From a bacterium (GTDB taxonomy: Bacteria; Patescibacteriota; Minisyncoccia; JBBINA01): DNA of 64,000 nt. Position 1 is the stretch's first letter. Each line of letters begins with the position of its first letter. The notes beneath the pieces are model-generated. The model was not told the DNA's origin, made no database searches, and saw only the letters and a program-made list of their open reading frames with translations. The position numbers and the translations under genes are program-made. Location: positions 6,272-70,271 of the forward strand of contig JBBINA010000002.1 of assembly GCA_037444125.1 (NCBI GenBank). Direction: 5' to 3'. Of the stretch, positions 21,208 through 31,995 are shown in pieces.

Positions 21208-23138
21208 TTTTCTAAATTTAATCGGTTAAGCTCTCGTCTTGCCTCAATATTATATTTATCTATCTTTAAAGATTCAATTAAATATTTCCGCGCCTCATTT
21301 AACTCGCCATTATTTCTATGTATTAACGCCAGAATATAATAAGCCTGCGACAGCTTTTCTATTAATTGAATGCTGGCGCTGCGAGCAACAATCATATCGC
21401 TAGGATAATAATCTAAAATACTCTTAATTACCCTTACGGCATCGTTTATCCTGTTATTTAGATAATAAAAAAACCCTAAATTGATATAATACTCGGGATT
21501 ATTATATTTATCAAGGGAAACGGCTTTTAAAAAATTATTCTCGGCGGAAACTAAATCTTTCTTTTCCATTAAAATTAATCCATTCAAGCTGTAAACCCTT
21601 GCATTATAAATATTATACCTCAAAGACCGAGAAACGAAATTCTCGGCTAATTCTAATCTTATGGAATCAGATGTCTGACGATAAATATTGTAATTAAGAA
21701 GGGCAAGCTGATAATTGTTTTCTTCATTATCAAAAAACCGAAGCGAATCGACAAAACTTCTTTCTGCTTGCTTAAACTGTTTAGTTTCAACATAAAATTT
21801 GCCCAACTCGAAGTAATGATGAAACCAATAACTTTTAAAAGCGCTTTTACCAAACCAAAAAATAATACCTAAACATATCAAAGTCGCTAAAATTAATTTT
21901 TTACCTGAAAACTTCAGGATATCCTTTTTAAATAAGTGCGTCAATAAACCTATATAAACCCCAAAAATAAAGAATAGACCAATGTAATGCCAAGAAACCT
22001 CAAACAACATATTCAATAAAAAAGAAAGGAAACCTAGAAAAACAAAATAAAAAAATTCGGAACACTTTTCCTGTCTAAGTTTTTTCGCTATTTTAAAAAC
22101 AAAAAGAACTGTAAATATTAAAAAAATTATACCTAGCAAACCAAGGTCAGATAGCATTTCAATAATTATATTATGCGGGTAAATAGAATATCCAACCGGG
22201 GAAACCTGATAAAATGGCAAAATTATTTTGTAAGTTCCCGGTCCTGTACCTTTTAAAATATTATCTTGAAAAATACGCCAACCTTCCACGATAAACTCAA
22301 CTCGCCCGCGCAAAGACAAGGTATAATTAAATTTAAAGCGGCCCAAAATATTCTCATACAAATTTGTGTACTGAAGAGAAATTAAAAAAAGAAAAATAAA
22401 TACAAAAAACATAAATAAAGGCAAAAGGCTTGGCATTTTTTTACGGCGCTTTAAAAAATAAGAAACTCGATTATTTATAAGTCTATCTTTAAACAAAAGC
22501 GCAAAAATCACGCTAGCTAAAAAAAAGCTAAGCAAACCCCCTCGTGATAATGTTAAAAGAAAAGCGCTAATAAAAATAACTAACTGAAAATTCCAAAAAA
22601 TATTATTTTTGGCTTTTTGTTTTAAATAATAAGAGATTGGCAGTATTAACAACAAAAACGAAGCCAAAACATTAGGATTATTAAAAACTGAACTAAAATG
22701 ATCTTTATCAATAAACAAATAATAATAATATCCAATAACCACCACCACTAAACCTAAGAAAACAAAATATTTAAGTATATTAATGATAGTTTTACTAGTA
22801 AGGTCAAAAGAGTGTATGATAAAAACCACCGCAAGAAAGACGCTGATGTAAAAAAAACTTCGTAGTGATTCAAACCTATTCACAGAAAATTCAACTGCCA
22901 TCAAATAAACAGCAACAATAATCGCTAAAATAATTAAAAATGTCTTATTGTAAGTTAACTTCTTGGAAATAACCAAATTTCTTAAAAACAAAAATGCTAA
23001 TAACGCAGCTAAAATAAGACTAAAACTTTCAGTAAAATAATAAGCCGCTTGCCGCGCAAAAATTACTGTAATACCAATAAGCAGGCAAACAAAAAAAACA
23101 CTAAGATTTTTATAAATGAATTTATCTCTTAACTCCAT
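21198..23138 (-). CDS. O-antigen ligase-like polytopic membrane protein with C-terminal TPR repeats
   Basis: About 12 TM segments followed by several TPR-like repeats. The last codons overlap the tRNA-Ala 5-prime end by 10 nt. Confidence 0.5.
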   Translation of the reverse strand: MELRDKFIYKNLSVFFVCLLIGITVIFARQAAYYFTESFSLILAALLAFLFLRNLVISKKLTYNKTFLIILAIIVAVYLMAVEFSVNRFESLRSFFYISVFLAVVFIIHSFDLTSKTIINILKYFVFLGLVVVVIGYYYYLFIDKDHFSSVFNNPNVLASFLLLILPISYYLKQKAKNNIFWNFQLVIFISAFLLTLSRGGLLSFFLASVIFALLFKDRLINNRVSYFLKRRKKMPSLLPLFMFFVFIFLFLISLQYTNLYENILGRFKFNYTLSLRGRVEFIVEGWRIFQDNILKGTGPGTYKIILPFYQVSPVGYSIYPHNIIIEMLSDLGLLGIIFLIFTVLFVFKIAKKLRQEKCSEFFYFVFLGFLSFLLNMLFEVSWHYIGLFFIFGVYIGLLTHLFKKDILKFSGKKLILATLICLGIIFWFGKSAFKSYWFHHYFELGKFYVETKQFKQAERSFVDSLRFFDNEENNYQLALLNYNIYRQTSDSIRLELAENFVSRSLRYNIYNARVYSLNGLILMEKKDLVSAENNFLKAVSLDKYNNPEYYINLGFFYYLNNRINDAVRVIKSILDYYPSDMIVARSASIQLIEKLSQAYYILALIHRNNGELNEARKYLIESLKIDKYNIEARRELNRLNLEKGL

Positions 23139-23180
23139 TTGAACATATTATATCACTACAAAAAAAATTTATATATAAAA

Positions 23181-23208
23181 AAACGCCTCAGAGGCGTATA
23201 TTTTTTAC
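23181..23208. terminator. hairpin acgcc-tcaga-ggcgt flanked by A/T runs (bidirectional rho-independent terminator) downstream of the 16S 3-prime end
   Basis: Read directly from the sequence. Confidence 0.4.
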
Positions 23209-23347
23209 TACTAATTAAACTAACTATATATTTTTTATACGCATTTTAAGTTCCACGACGAAGCAGATTTTTATAGATAATCTGCAAAATCTTTGAACAA
23301 TTTTATCAATTGTTCAAGTCGACGCTTCAAACACATAAAACGTGTTT

Positions 23348-24848
23348 GAAAGGAGGTGATCCATCGCCAGCTTCCGCTAGCGATGCCTTGTTACGACTTA
23401 TCCCCTATCACCGGGCCCACCATCATCCCGCAGAAAACGGTCTTTCCGGTGTTCCCAGCTCTCTTGGATTGACGGGCGGTGAGTACAAAGCTCGAGAACG
23501 TATTCACCGCGGCATTCTGATCCGCGATTACTAGCGATTCCAGCTTCATGAGGTCGAGTTGCAGACCTCAATCCGAACTAAGGAATGTTTTTTGGGATTA
23601 GCTCCGCCTCACGACTTCGCAGCCCTTTGTACATTCCATTGTATCGCCTGTGCAGCCCAGGTCATAAGGGCCATGCGGATTTGACGTCATCCCCTCCTTC
23701 CTCCTGGTTAACCCAGGCAGTCTCCCTAGACATCTAAAACTAAGGATGGGGGTTGCGCTCGTTACCCGACTTAACGGAACACCTCAAGGCACGAGCTGAC
23801 GACAACCATGCAACACCTCGCCATGATGTCCTTGCGGAAATCTAACTTTCGTCAGATTATCACCATGACATTCCAGACCTGGTAAGGTTTATCGGTTACC
23901 GTCGAATTAAGCCAGACGATCCACCGCTTGTGCGAGCTCCCGTCTATTCCTTTGAGTTTCGGCCTTGCGGCTGTACTACCCAGGCGGGAGACTTAACGCG
24001 TTAGCTTCGCCGCTGAAAGGGTCGACACTTCCAACGACTAGTCTCCATGGTTTAGGGCGTGGAATACAAGGGTATCTAATCCTTTTTTATGCCCACGCTT
24101 TCGTCCATGACTGTCAGGTGGCACCTAGTGAGTTGTTTTCACCTTTGGCGTTCCCCTGGGTATCAACGGATTTCACCCCTACTCCCAGAGTTCCACTCAC
24201 CCCTTTGCCCCTCTAGAAATACCGTTTGAGAAGCAGCTTAAAACTAAAGTCTTAAGATTTAACTCCTCACAAGTATTTCCAGCTGCGGACGCTTTACGCC
24301 CAGTAAATCCGGACAACGCTTGAGGTCTCTGTATTACCGCTGCTGCTGGCACAGAGTTAGCAACCTCTTATTCCTGAAGTACCGTCATTCCGAACTTGCG
24401 TTCGGAATTCTTCCCTCAGAAAAGCAGTTTACACCCCGAAGGGCTTCTTCCTGCACGCGGCGTCACTCGGTCACCCTTTCGGGCATTGCCGAATATTCTC
24501 GACTGCTGCGACCCGTAGGCCTCCGGGCAGTGTCTCAGTCCCGGTGTTGGGGAACAGCCTCTCAGCCCCCCTACCCGTCATAGGCTTGGTGAGCCGTTAC
24601 CTCACCAACTACCTGATAGGCCGCAGGCCCCTCTTGAAGCGGATTGCTCCTTTAATGAAAACCGGAATTAACCGATTCTCATACCATCTTGTATTAGCCC
24701 CAGTTTCCCGGGGTTATTCAAAACTTCAAGGTAGGTACCTACGTGTTACTAACCCGTTCGCCACTATGCGCGCTCAACACGCGCATCGTACGACTTGCAT
24801 GCCTTATCCACGCCGCCAGCGTTCGTCCTGAGCCAGGATCAAACTCTC
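23348..24848 (-). rRNA. rrs: 16S ribosomal RNA
   Basis: Reverse complement begins agagtttgatcctggctcag and ends ggatcacctcctttc. Universal blocks are present (gtgccagcagccgcggtaatac-like, 1492r region). Length is about 1501 nt. Confidence 0.95.
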
Positions 24849-24930
24849 TTATAAAAGTAGCATAAATATTCGTCTGTGGAACTTAAAATAAGTATAAACT
24901 AGCCAAATTTCAAAAGAACTTTTATTTAAA

Positions 24931-24959
24931 AGTATAAATTATCTTACCTTTCGTGTCAA
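24931..24959 (-). promoter_or_regulatory. candidate 16S promoter TTGACA-N17-TATACT (minus strand)
   Basis: Hexamers found about 85-110 nt upstream of the 16S 5-prime end. Confidence 0.4.
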
Positions 24960-24965
24960 TAGAGT

Positions 24966-26810
24966 TTAGGAACTCAAAAGACCTTCAAACATCTTAATAA
25001 GAATTTCAGCGGCTTCTTTTTCAATGGCGTTTTTCTTTTGGTATTTTTTGATGAGATTAATGGAGCTTTTTATTTGTTGGTTTATTATGGATTTAACGGC
25101 ACGAGTAAAAGTTTGGGTGGAGCGCAAAATTTCAATAGAACGAACCTTAGCCAAAAGCTGGTTTTTCAAAATTTGGCCATCCGCATTATGCCTAATTCTA
25201 CCAAGTTCATAAAATCTATTGACCGCAAATAGAATATTTTCGGGAGTTATTTTCTGCTCAACTTCACTTAAGGGTTCATTAGAATTATTAGTATTAAGAT
25301 TAAATGAATAGATTAATTTCTCTGTTTCTGATTCAAAACCGCTTATTTCCTTAAAGATATTAAGATTATCGCCAAGTAGCTGTATACCTAAATGAAACTC
25401 GCCTTCAGCTAAACCTTCAAGTTCAATTTGATATTTGCCTTGAATGGGGTTAGGTATAAAAATCATTTTGGGACCTAAAGGATCGGGCGTCTTATTGAAT
25501 TCAGCGTAAGGAATATCTATTTGATTTTCGGAAACAATATTGCCATTAGGATCCCTGATTTTGATGGTAACAGGCGAGCCAACCATCACAATCATTTCCT
25601 CGGCAAATTCCGGATATTGTGAAGAAATTTCAGCTAAATTAAGTTCTAAAATAGAGAATATATCAGAAATAGCATCATAGGGTAAATTACCATGACTGGA
25701 GGATTTAATAATCTCGCGATAATTTAATGGCAAGCCGCCAAACTGGGCATAGGCTTTTTTAATTAAATAATTAAAAAATCTTGCCAAGAGATTTTCTGAT
25801 CTGATAATTCCAAAACTACCTCCACCACTAAAACCAAAATTAAACAAAGCACTGAAAAGAAGGACTCGATTATCACCTAGCTCATCGTTTCTTTGAGGGT
25901 CTAATGGTTCGGGTTTGCCATCTATCCATAAAGGCGCTTCATTTTCATTGCGGGCTATTGTTGGGATATAATTTACTGTATAAAAACCTTCGCCGGCAAT
26001 TACTATTATTTCGCCTACTCTTTCGAATAATTTACTGATGTTTTCTTGGGTGTTTAAAGCCTGTAAAAAAATATTTTGCTCCTGCATCAAATCAAAAGGT
26101 TTAATTTCGCCGGTGGCTTTATCCTGAATATAATCATATACGGGCAACATTTCTCTAATTGAAGGGACATCCTGATGGATAACTTGGTATGAAGTACGAG
26201 CATCTTTATTGAGCCAGTTGAGGTATCTAATGTAATTTTCTATTATAAATTGCTGCCCCTTATCCCAATTCTTTGGCACATAACCGCCCTCCCAAAGAGT
26301 ATAAAGGTCTGATGAGCCGTAATTAGGAGTTCCCAACATTATGAACTTATCAATATCATTTTCATAGTGATTGGAAATAATATACGCGCGCGTCACGAGT
26401 CCCCCCATTGAATGGGCAATGATATTGACCTTGTTTTTACCAGAAACTTGTTTAGCTTTAGTAATAGTCTCTTTAAGATAGTTTAATGCTGAATTAAAAT
26501 TTTCTTTTCGCCAGTCATAAAAAGCAATAAAGAAATCCTTATTTTTTTCATAGCCAGCGTTTTCTAATGATTTAACCAAGCCATCATATACATGTGTAAA
26601 GGGCGTAAAGTTCCAGGAATCGCCAAAGATTTTGCCAACCATTACATCCCAGTTCCAGGAACCACCAATACCAGGAACAATAACTATGGGGTAAAATGGC
26701 AGTTCCTGAGCTAAAAGAAAAAATCTTATTACGACCAAACAAAAAAAGAGGATTAACCCTCCAAAAAAAATTCTTTTAGTATTCATCATCGTCATATTTA
26801 ATTTTAGCAA
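24966..26810 (-). CDS. secreted/membrane-anchored alpha/beta-hydrolase lipase (Bacillus LipA-like class 2 lipase family)
   Basis: N-terminal TM. The VPGIGGSW oxyanion region and AHSMGG nucleophile elbow are like B. subtilis LipA. Long C-terminal extension. Confidence 0.55.
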   Translation of the reverse strand: MLKLNMTMMNTKRIFFGGLILFFCLVVIRFFLLAQELPFYPIVIVPGIGGSWNWDVMVGKIFGDSWNFTPFTHVYDGLVKSLENAGYEKNKDFFIAFYDWRKENFNSALNYLKETITKAKQVSGKNKVNIIAHSMGGLVTRAYIISNHYENDIDKFIMLGTPNYGSSDLYTLWEGGYVPKNWDKGQQFIIENYIRYLNWLNKDARTSYQVIHQDVPSIREMLPVYDYIQDKATGEIKPFDLMQEQNIFLQALNTQENISKLFERVGEIIVIAGEGFYTVNYIPTIARNENEAPLWIDGKPEPLDPQRNDELGDNRVLLFSALFNFGFSGGGSFGIIRSENLLARFFNYLIKKAYAQFGGLPLNYREIIKSSSHGNLPYDAISDIFSILELNLAEISSQYPEFAEEMIVMVGSPVTIKIRDPNGNIVSENQIDIPYAEFNKTPDPLGPKMIFIPNPIQGKYQIELEGLAEGEFHLGIQLLGDNLNIFKEISGFESETEKLIYSFNLNTNNSNEPLSEVEQKITPENILFAVNRFYELGRIRHNADGQILKNQLLAKVRSIEILRSTQTFTRAVKSIINQQIKSSINLIKKYQKKNAIEKEAAEILIKMFEGLLSS

Positions 26811-26945
26811 ATATTACTTAATATAATTTACAAAGTTTCTGTAAGTTTTCCAAGTCCCCAGGCTACTAAGTATCCCCAAGTCACAAGAAGAATGATGAAC
26901 AAAATTATAGAAATTTATAGAAATTATAGAGAGAAGAAAAAGATA

Positions 26946-27266
26946 TTAGAAATCTTTTTTTGTAAATCTATTATACTTTATTTTTGCAATTAGAAATGGC
27001 GATATAGTTAAAAGTATACTTATAAATAGCTCAGTATATATCATTCCATCATCAAATATTCCAACGTAAGTATAATTATTAACCCGATCAACCAACTCTA
27101 CATAAATAAACCAAATTAACGCTCCTACAGCTCCGGACAATATATAACCCACCACAATATGCCTCCATAAAACAGGCTTAAACCTACGCCAAATAATCAA
27201 GAACGGCAAAATAACCAAAAAAACAGAAACCGTTGTAAATAGATACTGAAAAACCTTGGGCGACAA
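26946..27266 (-). CDS. small membrane protein, paralog A (TTG start)
   Basis: 106 aa with 3 predicted TM segments. The first 38 codons and the upstream region are identical to paralog B. Confidence 0.5.
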   Translation of the reverse strand: MSPKVFQYLFTTVSVFLVILPFLIIWRRFKPVLWRHIVVGYILSGAVGALIWFIYVELVDRVNNYTYVGIFDDGMIYTELFISILLTISPFLIAKIKYNRFTKKDF

Positions 27267-27424
27267 GTAAATAAATTAAATATAACCTTTAACTTGAATT
27301 TATAATTACTCAAATAATAATCAACAATCAATAATCACTCAATAATTACTCTTTTACAACAACTATACAGTACCAAAACTATTTTGCAAGGGAAAATATT
27401 TTTGGAGGCCGGACCTCCAAAAAT
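27152..27424. repeat. 273-bp direct repeat, copy 1 (promoter, leader and first 38 codons of the small membrane protein gene)
   Basis: Base-for-base identical to 27795-28067 by manual comparison. Contains a TTGCAA-N16-TATAGT promoter and a 9-bp-stem hairpin ttttggagg-ccgga-cctccaaaa on the minus strand. Confidence 0.85.
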
Positions 27425-27489
27425 CAGAAAAAAAGAGGATTAACCCTACCAGAGAAATTATTTTATTTTTATAAAAAGTCTTTATTATA

Positions 27490-27909
27490 TTATAAATCTC
27501 CCGTCAATTTACCCAAACCCCAAGCAAACAAATATCCCCAAATAATAGCTGATAAAACAAAAACAAAAATTGAAATAAATAACGAGATAAAAAATCTTTT
27601 TTTTGTGAATTTTCCATAAATTAGTTTTGTTACAAAAAATGAAGAAATAATAAACAAAAAATTACTCCATATATAGGCATAGCTTACCCCCTCTAAAAGT
27701 GCGTAGGAATAATCAATATCTCTAATTTTGTTATCTAGAAATACAAATATATACCAAATAGTAACTCCACAAAAGATCGTTATCCCACATCCTGCCACAA
27801 TATGCCTCCATAAAACAGGCTTAAACCTACGCCAAATAATCAAGAACGGCAAAATAACCAAAAAAACAGAAACCGTTGTAAATAGATACTGAAAAACCTT
27901 GGGCGACAA
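27490..27909 (-). CDS. small membrane protein, paralog B (TTG start)
   Basis: 139 aa. N-terminus is identical to paralog A. The C-terminus is diverged but similar in pattern (IW.I.V, KFTKK). Confidence 0.5.
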   Translation of the reverse strand: MSPKVFQYLFTTVSVFLVILPFLIIWRRFKPVLWRHIVAGCGITIFCGVTIWYIFVFLDNKIRDIDYSYALLEGVSYAYIWSNFLFIISSFFVTKLIYGKFTKKRFFISLFISIFVFVLSAIIWGYLFAWGLGKLTGDL

Positions 27910-28067
27910 GTAAATAAATTAAATATAACCTTTAACTTGAATTTATAATTACTCAAATAATAATCAACAATCAATAATCACTCAATAATTACTCTTTTAC
28001 AACAACTATACAGTACCAAAACTATTTTGCAAGGGAAAATATTTTTGGAGGCCGGACCTCCAAAAAT
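27795..28067. repeat. 273-bp direct repeat, copy 2
   Basis: Identical to 27152-27424. Confidence 0.85.
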
Positions 28068-28070
28068 TAA

Positions 28071-29363
28071 CTACAAATACCATAAGGGATTAACTGTTCC
28101 TTCAGGATTATATCCTGGCCATCTCTTATCTGTAATGTAAAATTCTGTATAAACTGAAAAGTGTAAATGTGGCGCAGTAGAATTTCCGCTTGAACCTTGA
28201 TAACCGACTACACTATCAACAGTAACCATTGAGCCAATCTCTAATGAGCTTGGTTGCATTAGGTGAGCGTATAAAGTAACCATTTTATTGGCATGTTCTA
28301 TTGCCACCCAGTTACCCCAACCGCCTTGACAACCGTAATCTTTAAAATTAGGGCAAGCAGTAGAATTCTTGCCAATAACTTTTCCTTCGGCAGCAGCATA
28401 TACTTTTGTCCCAAAATCACCTGCTATATCAATACCGTTATGAATAGCGCCTCCATAATAACCTTTTCGCGAAAATTCTGTTGAACCATATCTTTGAGTC
28501 AAAACAGCTCCATCAATTGGATATCTAAATAATTTTGTCCCCTGTGGTGGCCGTATATTAGTAACAGAATAAAATTTAAAATTTCTTAATCTTTTGGTCT
28601 CTTCTTCATAACGCACAATCTCGTTCATAATTTTTATCCGTTCCTTCTCTACTTCGCTTAATAGACTTTGATATCTTTTCTCTTCACCTTTAGTTTGCTG
28701 CAGAATAATAGCTTGCTGTTGTTTTTGCAAAGACAAGGCAAATTTTTTGCTTTCTTTTTCTGATTTAAAATTACTAAGCTCATATTTAGCTGTCTCAAGG
28801 GCAAGTTTTTCGCTTCTTAAATTGTCTTTTAATGATTTAAGATATCGAGCATTAAGAATTAAAGCGCTGTTGATTTTAGTAAATTGGTCTATTTTATTTG
28901 TAAATTCAGAAAGGCTTATTGAAGAAAATATAAAATAGATCAGTGGTTTTTTAAAATCATTAAGCTGATTTAATATTTTCTCGATTAGAAAAGTAGTATT
29001 TTTTATTTTTTTAGCAGTATCTTCGATAAATATATTTTTACGTTCTATCTCAAGCGCTTTTTGCTCAATATTTAACTCCAGAATTTCAATATCGTTCTCA
29101 AGCTTATTAATATTATAATTAAGATATTCTATCTCGTTTTGTAGGTTTTTTGCTTGATATTTCTTTTCTAAAATTTTCTCGCTTAACTCCTTCCGTCTAA
29201 CCTCATATCCCTGAAGTTTTTGATTCAACTCGCCAATTTTATTTTGAATCTCCTCTAAAGTCAAACCAAAACAAACAATCGGCGCCATAAAAAAAAGGAC
29301 TAAAACATAAAAAAAAGTCTTTTTAACCTTGCTTATTTGAAATTCAAATATATTACAAATCAC
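28071..29363 (-). CDS. M23 family metallopeptidase with N-terminal coiled coil (EnvC/LytM-like)
   Basis: HNGIDIAG, VTLYAHL and TAPHLHFSVY motifs of the LytM domain. Long coiled-coil N-terminal half. Confidence 0.8.
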   Translation of the reverse strand: MICNIFEFQISKVKKTFFYVLVLFFMAPIVCFGLTLEEIQNKIGELNQKLQGYEVRRKELSEKILEKKYQAKNLQNEIEYLNYNINKLENDIEILELNIEQKALEIERKNIFIEDTAKKIKNTTFLIEKILNQLNDFKKPLIYFIFSSISLSEFTNKIDQFTKINSALILNARYLKSLKDNLRSEKLALETAKYELSNFKSEKESKKFALSLQKQQQAIILQQTKGEEKRYQSLLSEVEKERIKIMNEIVRYEEETKRLRNFKFYSVTNIRPPQGTKLFRYPIDGAVLTQRYGSTEFSRKGYYGGAIHNGIDIAGDFGTKVYAAAEGKVIGKNSTACPNFKDYGCQGGWGNWVAIEHANKMVTLYAHLMQPSSLEIGSMVTVDSVVGYQGSSGNSTAPHLHFSVYTEFYITDKRWPGYNPEGTVNPLWYL

Positions 29364-29379
29364 TAATTTAATTAGGAGC

Positions 29380-30783
29380 TTAAGTTATTAATATAGCTAG
29401 CGCCTTATCAATCCTAGATAGCGATTCGTCCTTACCTAATACATAAACAATTTCAAAAGGGCTAGCGCTTGTTTTCAACCCTGATAACGCCACTCTTAAT
29501 GGCCAAAGCAATCTGCCCCTATCACCATCAAAAATACCGGCTTCTCTTAAAAAAACCTCTTTTAATTTATCACGATTATCGCTTTCAGTATTGCTCAATT
29601 TATTTATTAGCTCTTTTGCATACAAGAGGGCGCGTTTGACATCATTAAAATCCATTTCTTTCCATAAAAGCAAATCTCTAGAATAATGAGGAACTCTAAA
29701 AAGATAATGTGAATTTTTAACTATATCTACAATCGTATTAGCTCGCTCCCTTTCTATTTCAATGACTCTCGCCAAAAATGCCAAATCAAACTTAGAACCA
29801 TATTCTTTTACAAAACTTTCTCTGGTTAAATCTATTAATTCCTCTAAATTCTTTTTCCTTATATAATTACGATTAAACCACAATAATTTATCTAAATTAA
29901 ATATGGCTCCTTTCTTCTGTACATCTTTTAGAATAAATTCTCGTTCTAACTCTTGAAGCGAAAAGATTTCTCTATCATTTTTAGGATTCCAGCCTAAAAA
30001 GACCAAAAAATTAATGATAGCCTCGGGCAAAAATCCTTTTTGTTTATAAATATGCAATGCAGTATCGCCATGTCTTTTGGACATCTTTGAATAGTCTTTA
30101 CCTAAAATCAAAGGCAAATGTGCATATAAGGGTAATTTCTCAACCTTAAAGGCTTCGTATAAAAGAATTTGTTTGGGGGTATTACTTATATGGTCTTCTC
30201 CTCTTATTATATGTGAAATTTTCATTTGCCAATCATCTATCATTGCGGCAAAATTGTAAAGCGGCTCTTTCAATGATCGCGCAATAGCAAAATCACCTAA
30301 AGTCTCTGTATTTACAGTTATTCTTCCCCTTATAATATCATTAAAAACAATATCACGACCTCTTGGAGTTTTAAATCTAATAATAAAACGGTCATTAAAC
30401 CTTGGCTTTTCTCCACATTTATCTCTCAACGAACAAAAATGAGGCCCGCTAAAACCATCATCGGCAGCTCTTTTTTGGTGATTGCAATAAAAAGCTTTGC
30501 CTTCCTCTAATAGTTGTTCAAGGAATTTTCTGTATATTTCTTTTCTTTGCGACTGATAAAATATTTTGTCCCATTTTAAACCTAACCATTCCAAGCTATC
30601 TTTAATGTCTTGTTCGAATTCTTTTTTTGACCGCACTAAATCGGTGTCCTCAATCCTTAAAATAAACTGGCCATTATTTTTCTTGGCAAAAAGATAATTA
30701 AACAAGGCGGTTCGAGCGCCACCTAAATGCAAAAAACCGGTTGGCGAAGGAGCAAAACGTACTACCACTTTTGAATGTCGCAT
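29380..30783 (-). CDS. gltX: glutamyl-tRNA synthetase
   Basis: HIGH-type PSPTGFLHLGGARTALF and KMSKR motifs. Confidence 0.9.
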   Translation of the reverse strand: MRHSKVVVRFAPSPTGFLHLGGARTALFNYLFAKKNNGQFILRIEDTDLVRSKKEFEQDIKDSLEWLGLKWDKIFYQSQRKEIYRKFLEQLLEEGKAFYCNHQKRAADDGFSGPHFCSLRDKCGEKPRFNDRFIIRFKTPRGRDIVFNDIIRGRITVNTETLGDFAIARSLKEPLYNFAAMIDDWQMKISHIIRGEDHISNTPKQILLYEAFKVEKLPLYAHLPLILGKDYSKMSKRHGDTALHIYKQKGFLPEAIINFLVFLGWNPKNDREIFSLQELEREFILKDVQKKGAIFNLDKLLWFNRNYIRKKNLEELIDLTRESFVKEYGSKFDLAFLARVIEIERERANTIVDIVKNSHYLFRVPHYSRDLLLWKEMDFNDVKRALLYAKELINKLSNTESDNRDKLKEVFLREAGIFDGDRGRLLWPLRVALSGLKTSASPFEIVYVLGKDESLSRIDKALAILIT

Positions 30784-30829
30784 AATTAAAAAGATGTGGA
30801 TAGTTAACTTCTTCTAATTATATCATAAC

Positions 30830-31963
30830 TTAACTTCTTATAAGAAGGTTCATGCCATTTTCCTCAGGGTCAGGACCTAAGCACCTTAAACCCAACCCAA
30901 CACTATCAAAAAATGCCGCAGGCGTTTCAATTAAGCTCTTCCGCAATTTAGAATCTAAAGACAGACTGGAAGTATCAATATTGTTAATTTCAAAAGGATC
31001 CGGAACAACAGCTTTAACCTGATAATTCGATTCAAAATATTCTTTTAATCCCTTTACAGACGCAAATTTGCCAATCAAAAATATTTCATTAATTTTGTTT
31101 TTGTGGCTACCACTAATAGAACTATAATAATGCAACAAGCGGCTAGTTTCAGTGCGTACATTTTCAATAAAATCAACTAAATTTTTCTGAATTTGTAGAT
31201 TCTCAATTTGTCTTTGAGATTTTTGCTCAATACCATCTGTTAAAAATGTACTAATAATATATTCTTTATTCAAATTAGAAATCTTGCCAATATGATTTAT
31301 AGTATTAATTATTTTTTCTTTTAGACGATGAGTAACTAAAATCTTTCCCTTTTGAATAATGGCTATAACCACATAAGAAAAATCCATAATTATTAACAGA
31401 TAATTCTTGTCTATATGTATTATGGGCCTTAAGGCTCTATTTATTTCTTCTATAATTATAGGTAAAACTATCTTAGCCACCCCAAGATTATTGAAAGCGC
31501 CAATAATATTCTGTGCCTGATGTTTTGGCACCGCCGCCACCGATAATTCAATCATATCTTTTTCCTCATCTATATTATAATCATATAAAAGCTCGCTAAT
31601 CCTAAAAGGGAAATGTTTAGACAGTTCAACGGTTAAGAATTCGTTAATGTTTTTTTTCTTAAAAAAAGCGCTATCATATTTAATCAAATCTTGTAAAACA
31701 GGCAATTCCGGAACTAAAAGCACAACATTACGATCCACAAAGTTAAACCGCTTGATAAATTGCATAAAATCATAAGACAAAGCTGTCTTTTCAAAATTAA
31801 AAGTTGGGTACTCAAAAAACTTGTAAATCAGTCTGTTCAAAATATAATGACTGCTGCCTTTTTTTGTCAAACTCATAACTTTCAATTCATGTTGGCTTAA
31901 AACCAAAGGTACAATACTAGGCAGAGCCTGTTTAAATAAAAATAATCTTAAATTTTCAAACAT
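30830..31963 (-). CDS. pilM: PilM-like type IV pilus assembly protein (actin-like ATPase fold)
   Basis: C-terminal IFLIGKFASVKGLKEYFESNYQVKAVVPDPF resembles the PilM GGGA...P.V..NPF region. Last gene of the pilus cluster. Confidence 0.45.
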   Translation of the reverse strand: MFENLRLFLFKQALPSIVPLVLSQHELKVMSLTKKGSSHYILNRLIYKFFEYPTFNFEKTALSYDFMQFIKRFNFVDRNVVLLVPELPVLQDLIKYDSAFFKKKNINEFLTVELSKHFPFRISELLYDYNIDEEKDMIELSVAAVPKHQAQNIIGAFNNLGVAKIVLPIIIEEINRALRPIIHIDKNYLLIIMDFSYVVIAIIQKGKILVTHRLKEKIINTINHIGKISNLNKEYIISTFLTDGIEQKSQRQIENLQIQKNLVDFIENVRTETSRLLHYYSSISGSHKNKINEIFLIGKFASVKGLKEYFESNYQVKAVVPDPFEINNIDTSSLSLDSKLRKSLIETPAAFFDSVGLGLRCLGPDPEENGMNLLIRS

Positions 31964-31995
31964 ACAAAGCGACCTTAACTTTATAAAATTAATGA

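Noticed and set aside
23310-24831. ORFs 23310-23534, 23965-24216, 24320-24583 and 24544-24831
   Set aside because: They lie inside the 16S rRNA gene (antisense), so they are spurious.
26811-26945. Short tandem tatagaaatt repeats and ccaagtcc/ccaagtca duplications upstream of paralog A
   Set aside because: Only 2-3 imperfect copies are present in an AT-rich intergenic region. There is insufficient evidence for a functional repeat array.
26741-27450. Shared 19-nt string agggttaatcctcttttttt between the lipase gene N-terminus (about 26744) and the sequence just upstream of the 273-bp repeat copy 1 (about 27430)
   Set aside because: It is short and A/T-rich, so chance similarity cannot be excluded. 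There is no extended homology on either side.
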